This document shows positions 42,198-51,822 of a stretch of 64,000 bases of DNA, piece after piece (position 1 is the first letter of the stretch; every line of letters begins with the position of its first letter). Source of the DNA: Antedon mediterranea. Taxonomy: Eukaryota > Animalia > Echinodermata. The position numbers were made by a program, and so were the translations under genes. The notes under the pieces are model-generated. The model did not search any database, was not told the origin of the DNA, and saw only the letters and a list, made by a program, of their open reading frames with translations. The stretch spans positions 13,054,948-13,118,947 of the forward strand of contig NC_092673.1 of NCBI RefSeq assembly GCF_964355755.1, given 5' to 3'.

Positions 42198-43304
42198 TGT
42201 AATATAATGTTGGGTTGTTGAGGTACTAATGAAAGACTCTAACTCGCTTGACTGTCGTAACACATATATTATTTATTCAGTATAATACTTCAGTACAATA
42301 TACAACTATAAGTATAGATAAGGAACGGACAATCAATGATGCTGTCGGTGAGGTGTGAAGTTTGTTAGTCTGCTTCTGGAGAAGTGGCTGTAAGGTGTGT
42401 CTCTGTGAGGTGGCTGTAAGGTGTGTCTGGGCCCTTCTGAAACTTGGGAGTATATTGGCTCAGTTCATTTGCATAATGTCATTACATCATCTGTGAGGGT
42501 AACGATTGGTCCTAAGTTGATCCAGGGGTGTTTAAGTGGGAGTGATTAACGGTATAATAAGGTATTTCTGTGATGGATGACACTTAAATAGTGTCGATCA
42601 CTCCTGGTTTAACGATGGGAAAGTCACAAAATTAAGCTAAGTGTTTTCTTTAGGGATTCTATTATAAACTAAATGGTCATTAAAACATCTGGACAAACTC
42701 TCCTTTGGACTTTCTGGGTCAAGTTTGTGAACCTATTTGAATTCCGATACAAAGGTCAATTTCTTAAATATAAAAGTATATCTTTATATCACATCCCTCT
42801 ATTTCCCTTTTTTTTTTTTCTAATCTATTTAAAATATAAAAATGGTTATAATAGTGGCATGCAAAATTAAAGTTATATAAAAGAAAAAAAACATTATTAT
42901 ACATATAAGCAAAAATTGAGTTAGCCAAAACCATTGACTCTGAAGTGTAACCTTATCACTTTCACTCTCTCTCTTCTCTCTCTTAAAAAAAATGAAATTA
43001 AAAATGAATTTGGTATAAAATTCGCGTAAATCAAACATAAATCAGTTAAAAAATAAAATTACAAAACTTAAAAATAGTATGTTACATTGAACATACATCA
43101 AATCGTGCGACACTCATCGCGTTCTAATGGTCTTCAAACATAAATCATCAAATCAAAACATAAAAATTGAGAAACTGTGGCTGATTAGCCTAAAATCAAA
43201 TATCAAACTTAATCACTTAAAACTTTAAAGGAAACAAATGTGTGTGTCCCGTTGACACAAACTTATCCACAATATATCGTTATCGTCACAACTTTATCGA
43301 TTTA
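42198..43304 (+). repeat. Left inverted arm: segment T (42198-43023) joined directly to segment B (43024-43304)
   Basis: T is the reverse complement of 51823-52649; B is the reverse complement of 50185-50457. Confidence 0.93.
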
Positions 43305-43702
43305 AGCATTTATATTTACAGGTAATTACGATTTCAATCGGTCGGCAAATTCGACTTTTGTACTCAATGTCAAAAAAAATTACAATTAAAAGTACTAAGA
43401 AAATCTCCTGTTATTGTATATCAATTAATTAATGCTTGAGATTAACGACTCAAAGGTTAAACAAAATATTTGTTACAAAATGATTGTCGTTCTTTTCAAT
43501 ATCTCAATATATCGATCATCAAAATTCAAAATTAATCATTATCAAAAAACTCGTTACAAAATCAATTCTTAAACATAAATTCAATTCTCTTTTAACTGAA
43601 ATCACATCATTACTAAACAAATCTCATCAAATACGTAGACTATGCTATCATTAATTTAGCAAATGTCGTAATTTAAAAATAATCTTGCAAAAAAAATTTA
43701 AA

Positions 43703-45617
43703 TCAGTAATTCGTTGCATTATACAAGCGTTTTATGAATCGTTTTGGCGATCCACTTATCGGTATCTGTTTATCATTAATGATCTCTTTAATCAATTTAT
43801 CTGTATCGTTATATCTGTCAATATTCCACCAAAATTTGCGATCATTAGATTCGTGTTTTGTTTTATCAGTGTTGCGTTTGGCTGAAGTCGGTTTAGAATA
43901 CGAAACTAAAACTTGGAAATGTCCTGCTTTAAATCTACCTCGGTTTAATGTCATAATTGAATCATTAGGTGCTGTCATAATTAGATTAGTTTGTTCCTTG
44001 ATTTGTTCTTCTTTCATTTGGAATGGGGCTGCTAATCCCATGTTATTCTCTACACAGTCAATGTAAGGTTGCAAGTTAAGGGGTTCTACTTTAGTTGGAT
44101 GTGTAAGGGTATCTGATTGCAATTGGGTGGGTGTCCTATCATGTTCGTCTACAAATTCAACATTGGTTTCGTCATTTACTACATTAATGGTGTTTTGGAT
44201 TTTCTCGTTATTATCATCAGTGGGTTCATTCAACAATTGTTTAAGTTTTTGGAGATGTGTAAAATTTTTGCGTTCTTTGGGTGTTCTCATAAAACAGGGT
44301 TTCAGTCTGTTATAATTGAATACGTCGCGAAGTATTTCTCCTTTAATCGTCGCTAGGATGTAGTGTGTTCTGTCTAGTACTTCATGAATCACTAATGGTC
44401 CGACCCATTCTGCGGCGATTTTCTTTGAATTTGCCGTTAGTGATGATGATGTTGGCTTGTATAAATATACGAGTTGTCCTACTGAGCAAATTGGACATTT
44501 TTCTAAGCGTTGGGAAATTTTTGAGTTTTGGACGTTTTGTTGTGTTCGCTGTAATTGTAGCATTGTCTGTGAAATGTTTTGAAATTTCTTCTTGAGATGT
44601 TCAAAGTATTCTTCATAGGAATGAGACAATCCTGAAATAGGGTTAAATGCTAATGAGGTCAAACTTGGAGGTTGGCGGCCAAAAACTAATTCGTAAGGGG
44701 AGTGGTTTCCTAGATGTGGGGATGAAAACGAGTTATAAGCATAACATGTTGTTGATACAAATCTAACCCAATCTGTTCCGAATTGGTTAAGGTTGACCTT
44801 TAACAGGTCCGATACGGTGCGGATATGACGTTCAACTTGTAAACTACCGTGATTGTGGACGCTGATGATTTTCCTATCAATATTAAGGGTGTTACATAAT
44901 AGTGTTAATAATTTTCCTGTAAGGGAGGTTGCTGCATCTGAAATAAGACGAGATGGTGGGGGTCCAAAAATACTGATGACCTTTTGAATTAGTGCTTCAC
45001 AAATTGTTTCGGCATCAATGGATTTCAAAGGTACACAAATCAAAAATCTAGTTATCTCATCACATACTACCATAATATGTTTAAAACCTGAAGGTGATGT
45101 TGGCATACTCTTAAAATCTAGACTGAGTGTATGAAAGGGACGGTAAGTTGCTGGTACTCGATCGTGTAAAGGACGTAATTTATCGGTTTTGGGACGAAAT
45201 TGTTGACATCTAAGACACGCTTGGGTATAATTGTTGACTTTCTCGAACATAAGGCATGTAAAATAATTTCCTAATAGTAAGGTAAGTACGCATCGTACCT
45301 TGGTGGCTACTTAACAAATTGTCGTGATACTGAGAAATAATAGTCTCTGCTAAGTTTTCAGGAACAGCTAATTGCAATACAAATTCTCCACCTTTATCTT
45401 GGAAAAATAAACGGAATAGTAAACCGTTGCACAATATGTACTGCTCTGACTTATTCTGAACTGCACGAGCTGCTTTCTTATCAGCTGGAAGGATATCATG
45501 AACTAAATAATCGTAAACTGGCTTAAAAAATGGTGAAGTTTCTTGTTCAACACGTAATTGTTTAACATCTACTGGGAGGTTATAATCTCTAATTATCTTT
45601 CTTTGAATAACATCCAT
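43703..45617 (-). pseudogene. pol: Gypsy-type DDE integrase (HHCC zinc finger, catalytic core, GPY/F-like motif, long C-terminal tail); frameshift near 45250
   Basis: YHDNLLSSHQG..ACLRCQ; LSLDF..VVCDEITRF..LISDAA..QVERHIRT; SPYELVFGR; WVGPLVI. Confidence 0.92.
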
Positions 45618-45625
45618 TAATCTAT

Positions 45626-46246
45626 CTAAGTCTTGTTTTTTGGGATGTGTGCTGACTTAAATTCAGTTATGTTGGGTACTAGTGGTTTGGGCGATGTATA
45701 CAATTCAACTGGTACGTTTCGATGTGTAGTGTCTTTGCTTTGCTTATTTTTGTCTACTAGTCGTTCCTCTGGAGGTTGTCGAATGTTTACATTACGTATT
45801 GGGGGTGGCGTTACGATAGGTGGCGTTATGATAGGCGGTGATCGATGTGCGTTTGTTTGTTGTCTCGTGATTATCTGTGGTGTAGCGGTAGGTTGAGGTG
45901 TAGGTCGCGTGTTTGTTGTCACTGGATTTTGATTAATGACGGGCGTTTGTACTGGTTTGGGTTTATGTAGGTCAGGTATATTTATTCCCATTTTCTTGGC
46001 GTATGACCTTGTTACTGGTCTGCTAGTAGATGTGTTTGTAATCGGGTTAAGAGATTCAGTCTCTGTAATATTAAATGCAATGGGTACAACTTGATCAATT
46101 TCGGAATCGTCGTCACGAGGGGCTCGGGAGAGAAAATCTGCTAAAACTAATTCAGTTCCTTTCTTATAACCAATTTGGAAAATGTATCCGGACAATCGTA
46201 ATATTAGTTTCTGTAGACTGATCTTTTGAATTCCAAATTTGTACAA
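45626..46246 (-). pseudogene. pol: RNase H C-terminus plus Pro/Thr-rich linker of pol (frameshifted on both sides)
   Basis: LQKLILRLSGYIFQIGYKKG..LADFLSR, RPVTRS, then a P/T-rich tract. Confidence 0.85.
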
Positions 46247-48398
46247 TTGCTGAGTGGTCTACGAATGCATCAAATTCGCAACCCTTTAGTAAGTGTCGAA
46301 ATGCTGAAACGTTAATGTAAAGTCCAAATAACTCTAGTTCTGTGACGCTATATCGTTGACAGGCTTGTGGTAAGATTTTGGAATAATAACCTATTATGTG
46401 TTCTTTACCGTTTACTGTTTGTGTTAAATATGAACCTGTTGCGGTTCTTGAAGTGTCGCTATATAGCGTAAATCTACCTTCTTTTCTAGGCATTTGAAGA
46501 GTTGGTGGTTTAACCATTAATTGTTTAATTTCGTCAAATGCTTTCTGGTGTTCAGTAGACCAACAAAATTTTCGGCGTTTGCTTGCGAGTGTGTGTAACG
46601 GACGTAAAATTGATTGTATTTGAGGGAAAAAATGGGATACATAATTTACTGCACCAATAAGTCGTTTAGTTTCTATATGGGTTCGTGGGACTGGCAAATT
46701 TCGGATAGCTGCACACCTGTCGCCTAATGGTGTGATACATGCGTGTCCTGAAGAATTAATCAGGATGGTGTGTCCCATATATTGCACTTTATTCTTGAAT
46801 AACTTACATTTCTTTGGACAAATTCTAAAACCATTTAATTGTAGGGCTTGTAAAACGGAAACGAGGTGCTGCTTATGAGCAAATTTGTCTTGGCTAAATA
46901 AAATAATATCATCATGATGGGCGATACAGAATTCTCTAGAATTTGGGATTTCATTTAAAATTTCGTCAATCTTTGCTCGAAATATACCTGGTGAAACGTT
47001 TAATCCTTGTGCTAATCTCTTATAATAATAATGTTTTCCACCATGATATGAAGCTATACCTGTATATTGTTGGGCATGTTCGGTTAATGGTACACAGTGG
47101 AACGCTGATTTCAAATCAATTACGCTAAGAATCTGTGCATTAGCGTTACCTATTGTTTTCAAAGTTTCGGCTAATAATGGGAATGGGTGATTAATACGTT
47201 TTATCCTGGAATTTAGATAGCGAAAGTCTGTGACAACTCTTTTATCTTTTGAATTTTTCTTTGAAACAAGAAGGACAGGGGAAGTATACGATTGGTGTCC
47301 TACTGCTAAGATTCCTAGTTTGACTAATTTGTTCAATTCGGCCTCAATAACATGTTTGTCTTTGTCTGTCGCGAAGTATGGTCGAATAAAAAATGGTTCA
47401 TTGTTAGAGAGGTGTATGTCAGCTTTGAAGTTTGGGCAGCTAGATAGTTCACCATAAAGTGAAAATGCGTTTCTGTTTTGTTGTAAGGTTTTATACAAAT
47501 CTTCTTTTTCTCTATGTGTTAAAACGCTGTCTGTTAAATCAACTTGTTTTCTAATTATTTCTTCCTCGGTTAAAGATAGCAATGGGTCTGTACGTTCTAA
47601 ATGTGGGTACTTGTTTGCGTTGTCATTGGTCAACTTTATTCTATCAATTGGTAGGTCGTTAGTAACTGTTACAAGGTTGGTTAAGTGAAGGCTCGCGATA
47701 GGTTGATGTGTATTTAGAGATACGTTTCTGTTTGTGTTGTTAGTGATATCAATGTTGGTTTCTCCTCTATGTAATTTTACTAACATGTCTGATGGACAAA
47801 GTTTTGAAATATGGGTGGTTGCATGTAGAACAACATCAGAATTGCGTACGAAGGCGGGAACCCTTCCTTTTAATTTAACTGTTTTAGTATCACCGTGTTT
47901 AAGAAAAATCTTGTGTACTGGACAAAAGCTAAAAATCTTTGGTCTAATGCGAAATGTGTTTTCCTTAAAATTTAAAGTACCGTCGAGTTCAGACAATGTT
48001 TCGGTTCCAAGTATCAGGTCGATACCTGTCAAATTTTTAACGATTAATGCTGAAATTTTAAATTTGTGTCCTTGGATAAATAATTCGAATTGCACTAAGT
48101 GGTTGGCATATAAGAAGTCACCGTTACCTAATCGAAGTTTGGTTGTGTTCACTTTAACTGGCTTTAAACGCGATAAATAAAGTGAGGAATTAACGTACGA
48201 TTGTGAGATTATAGTTCTAGTTGAACCACTGTCAAATAAAGTTAAAACATTTCTACCATCTGGTAAATTTCCTTTAACGTAATTTCTGTCGTTAAGTAAC
48301 AAATCAATATTATCTGAGTTCCCTAAGTATTTTGCCTTAAAATTGTCGTATTTAGTATGGGGGGCCAGATTATAGGCGGCATCTAGTCCCCTTTTTAA
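46164..48398 (-). CDS. pol: Pol: aspartic protease, reverse transcriptase, RNase H
   Basis: LFDSGS (protease); RVVTDFRYLN, IDLKSAFH, LAQGLNVSP, AHHDDII (RT); LYSDTS, YSVTELE, FVDHSA (RNase H); frame open from the gag stop region. Confidence 0.95.
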   Translation of the reverse strand, partial: LKRGLDAAYNLAPHTKYDNFKAKYLGNSDNIDLLLNDRNYVKGNLPDGRNVLTLFDSGSTRTIISQSYVNSSLYLSRLKPVKVNTTKLRLGNGDFLYANHLVQFELFIQGHKFKISALIVKNLTGIDLILGTETLSELDGTLNFKENTFRIRPKIFSFCPVHKIFLKHGDTKTVKLKGRVPAFVRNSDVVLHATTHISKLCPSDMLVKLHRGETNIDITNNTNRNVSLNTHQPIASLHLTNLVTVTNDLPIDRIKLTNDNANKYPHLERTDPLLSLTEEEIIRKQVDLTDSVLTHREKEDLYKTLQQNRNAFSLYGELSSCPNFKADIHLSNNEPFFIRPYFATDKDKHVIEAELNKLVKLGILAVGHQSYTSPVLLVSKKNSKDKRVVTDFRYLNSRIKRINHPFPLLAETLKTIGNANAQILSVIDLKSAFHCVPLTEHAQQYTGIASYHGGKHYYYKRLAQGLNVSPGIFRAKIDEILNEIPNSREFCIAHHDDIILFSQDKFAHKQHLVSVLQALQLNGFRICPKKCKLFKNKVQYMGHTILINSSGHACITPLGDRCAAIRNLPVPRTHIETKRLIGAVNYVSHFFPQIQSILRPLHTLASKRRKFCWSTEHQKAFDEIKQLMVKPPTLQMPRKEGRFTLYSDTSRTATGSYLTQTVNGKEHIIGYYSKILPQACQRYSVTELELFGLYINVSAFRHLLKGCEFDAFVDHSAIVQIWNSKDQSTETNITIVRIHFPNWL

Positions 48399-48404
48399 AA
48401 ATCC
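48360..48404 (-). promoter_or_regulatory. Putative -1 ribosomal frameshift signal between gag and pol
   Basis: Minus strand G GAT TTT TAA, then GGGGACTAGAT-loop-ATCTGGCCCCC hairpin 6 nt downstream; pol is in the -1 frame and open from this point. Confidence 0.75.
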
Positions 48405-49360
48405 TGCTGGTGGCTAGGGTAGTAATTGTTTGACTGTTGGTATGGGTATGGCGGGGGATAGTTTCCGTAAGAGCGGTTTTGTTGTCGGCAGTGCCTTGCT
48501 ATGTGGCCTGGTTTCCCGCAGTAATAACAGGTTGGGGGAGGTTGTCTATATCTTGGGGTCGGTGGGGTCTGGAATCGGGGTTTGTATGGGCTTGGGCTTC
48601 GGTTTCGTCTTGGGATATAATTTCGGGTGGGGGAACGTGAGCGTCGAGTATCATCATTAAGGGATCGTTTTGTTGTGGCCATGTCTAACTTGAGAGAATT
48701 TATCTCATGTTGGAGCGATTCGAGACTATTAGGCCTATCTGTTTCCTTATTGATATTGAATGAAACTTCCCGTGTGGCATCATCTACGGAAAGGTCAAGG
48801 TAATTTTGTGTGCTATTTACAATATTTTCAATAGTGGCATCGATTGGGGTGGACATGGCTACAGCTGCTCTACATTTTGGTGGAAGGGTCGAAATAAATT
48901 TATTCTTTATCTGCTGGTCAGCGTATCCAATTCTGTCTGCGGCTTGTTTGATTTTGGTTAAGTGCTTTTCGGCGTTGTCGCCAGTGGTGTATGTAATTGA
49001 ATCGTATTCTCTTATGTGCGCATAGATTGATTTGTTTTTACTAAACCTGTTGATGAATTGGGTTTTTAAGGATTCTAGTGAATCGAACTGCTTTCCCTCA
49101 ATCCAGAGTCTAGCTTGGCCCTGAAGGCTACGTTTAAAAATACTTATTACATTAATTAATTGGGCATTGTTTACAGGGTTTTCTAAAGTGTGGGCCTCAA
49201 GGTAGTCGGTAAACGATAAGTAGTGTGCACTACATTGGTCGTGATCGGTTATGGAACCGTCATATCTTTTGGGAAGGAAATCGGTTTGTCTTAGGTGGGG
49301 CACGGGGTGAGGATTGACGGGCTCATTTAAAATTACTTCGTTATCAACAACGTCGACCAT
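48395..49360 (-). CDS. gag: Gag with CCHC zinc knuckle
   Basis: 321 aa, uninterrupted; FKRSLQGQARLW..LKTQFINRF capsid-like motif; RS/P-rich linker; CYYCGKPGHIARHC. Confidence 0.93.
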   Translation of the reverse strand: MVDVVDNEVILNEPVNPHPVPHLRQTDFLPKRYDGSITDHDQCSAHYLSFTDYLEAHTLENPVNNAQLINVISIFKRSLQGQARLWIEGKQFDSLESLKTQFINRFSKNKSIYAHIREYDSITYTTGDNAEKHLTKIKQAADRIGYADQQIKNKFISTLPPKCRAAVAMSTPIDATIENIVNSTQNYLDLSVDDATREVSFNINKETDRPNSLESLQHEINSLKLDMATTKRSLNDDTRRSRSPTRNYIPRRNRSPSPYKPRFQTPPTPRYRQPPPTCYYCGKPGHIARHCRQQNRSYGNYPPPYPYQQSNNYYPSHQQDF

Positions 49361-49692
49361 ACTTTATAATATTAATTATTAATCAAATATCAAAAACAAT
49401 TTAGTGTATATGTAAACTCTCACTTTTTCAATAAAGGTTACAAATCAAGATTCGAAATGGTTTCGACTTACCCCAAATGCTTCGGATCCAATTAAAATGA
49501 ATTAAAAGAATGCAAAAGTGTTCAAAAATGTTTAAATGTTCAAACAACGAATTAAAAAAAATGCGAAAGGTGTTCATCAATGTTCAAAAAAGTAAATGTT
49601 AAAAAAAACGATCGAAAAAAAAACGGCGTGAAGTTGAAAGTCTCTAAACGAAACAGTTCTTGTCCGCTTGCTTCTGTTTTGATTCTTCTTGG

Positions 49693-49899
49693 GTCTTCCT
49701 CGATTATCTTCTTTGTCTTTATCCAATGGTTATAATTTCATAAAATTTCTGCTTGTCTCGATTTCATTCAAATATATAATTTCAGCTTGTCTTTTGTGTC
49801 TTCCTCGATTATCTTCTTTGTCTTCATCCAATGGTAATAATTTGATAAAATTTCTGCTTGTCTCGATCTCATTCAAATATAATTTCAGCTTGTCTTTTG
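49693..49899. repeat. Tandem duplication (~105 bp x2) in the gag leader
   Basis: gtcttcctcgattatcttctttgtct... at 49693 and 49798. Confidence 0.9.
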
Positions 49900-50011
49900 A
49901 GTCAAAGTAAATTTCTCTCCTTTCAAACAAATGTGGTTATTTTTGTCTTTGTCTTCGTCTTCGTGTCTTGTTAAGTGTTTATTTCTTGTTTTCTCACTCC
50001 GTTCCTTATGA

Positions 50012-50029
50012 AATTTGGGTCTTCCACCA
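50012..50029 (-). promoter_or_regulatory. Candidate primer-binding site
   Basis: TGGTGGAAGACCC.. immediately follows ..TATATTACA on the gag-sense strand; TGG is complementary to tRNA 3' CCA. Confidence 0.7.
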
Positions 50030-50184
50030 TGTAATATAATGTTTGGTTGTTGAGGTACTAATGAAAGACTCTAACTCGCTTGACTGTCGTAACACATATA
50101 TTATTTATTCAGTATAATACTTCAGTACAATATACAACTATAAGTATAGATAAGGAACGGACGGTCAATGATTGATGCTGTCAG
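50030..50184 (+). repeat. Internal direct copy (segment A, R/U5-like) of the left terminus 42198-~42348
   Basis: tgtaatataatgtt.ggttgttgaggtactaatgaaagactctaactcgc...taaggaacggac; contains AATAAA on the gag-sense strand. Confidence 0.95.
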
Positions 50185-50457
50185 TAAATCGATAAAGTTG
50201 TGACGATAATGATATATTGTGGATAAGTTTGTGTCAACGGGACACACACATTTGTTTCTTTAAAGTTTTAAGTGATTAAGTTTGATATTTTGATTTTAGG
50301 CTAATCAGCCACAGTTTTCTTGAGTTTTATGTTTTGATTTGATGATTTATATTTGAAGGCCATTAGAACGCGATAAGTTGTCGCGCTATTTGATATATAT
50401 TCATTGTACATATTCTCTAAGTTCTTTAAATTTGACCAATTGACGTTTGATTAACGC
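50185..50457 (-). repeat. Segment B of the right arm (inverted copy of 43024-43304)
   Basis: taaatcgataaagttgtgacgataa.. pairs with ..ttatcgtcacaactttatcgattta; more diverged distally (gtttgattaacgc vs gcgtaaatcaaac). Confidence 0.9.
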
Positions 50458-50722
50458 TCGAGGGAGGAGTAGAGCCAATTACGAGCTATATATATAAACA
50501 ACCGGATGAGCAGACTATAAATAAGTCGCACGAGCGTATCAAATATACAGTATTTACTGTCGAATTATAAGTTAATTTACTTTTGTGAGATTGTTATAAT
50601 AGTTGAACTTGAAATTTTATTGTTTGAGTTTTATATCGTTTATTTAGTTTAATATTGTTTATTTTAAATACATTTTAATTTTATTTATCTTAATTTTAGT
50701 CAATTCCAAATTTCCCCCTAAA

Positions 50723-51598
50723 ATGGAATCCGAAAAGCTTGACGTTACACAGTTATGCTTAAAACACAAAATTCAAATGACGCCCCTGTCCACAGAATGT
50801 GCCCTTATAAAGAAGATAATCCTTTACCAAAGCGAACAAAACGTAATTCTCCATATTACCAAAATGATGCCATTTACTTTAGATTCCTTGAAAAGAGTTT
50901 TATTATTCCTTTGCGACATCCGTCCAGCAGACCAACTGACAAACCTCAAATTAAATACCCTTTTACACATTGGCAGTTATTTATGTTGTTTCGACAAAAT
51001 GTCCTCCCCCATTATAGACTACATTTGGAAGCATAAGAGTGAACCAGCCCTACTTGACTTTTCCACAATCGACCTTTCCATTAATCTAGACGGCATCGCC
51101 ACTTGTATACCAAACACACATGAATTTCACAGAAAACATATTTATTCTATGACCCTCCTGCTCTTAGCAATTACAAAAGACATCAAAGCCCCACAATGCA
51201 CAACATTTTTTTCAAGAGTCCGACAACAAACAGGCATCATACCCCAAGACGAATTAAAACCTAGCGAACACTCACCATTTGGATATGTTGTAACTAAATA
51301 TAAGAAAAAACTATATTCGCACATTCGTAACATGCAGTACCTGGAAAATAAATACCAAGATACCCCCTGCCAAATTTGTCAATGTAACCCCGAAATTAAA
51401 AACTTTCATACTGATTGTACAATCAACAAATGCTGCGGAACATTGTTTCACAAAAATTGCCAACAAATAAACAAGAAATACCAATGCTTGAATTGCGGTA
51501 TGGTATATTTGAATGAGATGCCTTACACTGCTACCTACATATTGGACGACGGCACACTGTGGACTACATCCCATTATTATCGATTATTATATGATTGA
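50723..51598 (+). CDS. Accessory ORF antisense to gag-pol; C-terminal RING/PHD-like Cys/His cluster, possible BTB-like N-terminus
   Basis: Uninterrupted 291 aa; CQIC..KCCGTLFHKNC..CLNC; upstream TATAAA (50517) and cagt (~50548). Confidence 0.75.
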   Translation: MESEKLDVTQLCLKHKIQMTPLSTECALIKKIILYQSEQNVILHITKMMPFTLDSLKRVLLFLCDIRPADQLTNLKLNTLLHIGSYLCCFDKMSSPIIDYIWKHKSEPALLDFSTIDLSINLDGIATCIPNTHEFHRKHIYSMTLLLLAITKDIKAPQCTTFFSRVRQQTGIIPQDELKPSEHSPFGYVVTKYKKKLYSHIRNMQYLENKYQDTPCQICQCNPEIKNFHTDCTINKCCGTLFHKNCQQINKKYQCLNCGMVYLNEMPYTATYILDDGTLWTTSHYYRLLYD

Positions 51599-51822
51599 TT
51601 TCAATTTATCCTTTATAAATTTTTTTTCTATTTCAAATAATTAACGAGAGTCGACTTCTTGACCGATGTTTTTTAGGGAAACCCAACCGTTGTGATGTTT
51701 ATATTTCGGTAATCCGAGTGTAGCATGCCTCCAAAGCAACGGACCCACAATTATGTCGATCTTGAAGAACACTTTTGTTTTTTTTATATACATTTTTTGT
51801 TTCAAATTTTATATAAATTCTG

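Noticed and set aside
42829-43038. Similar small ORFs at 42829-43038 (-) and 51725-51973 (+)
   Set aside because: Similarity is a by-product of the terminal inverted repeat; low-complexity F/I-rich translation
43734-49025. Plus-strand ORFs overlapping gag-pol (e.g. 47734-48180, 43734-44066)
   Set aside because: Antisense shadows of the coding strand with no recognisable motifs
50723-51598. env gene
   Set aside because: Antisense to gag-pol, with no signal peptide, furin site or C-terminal transmembrane anchor visible
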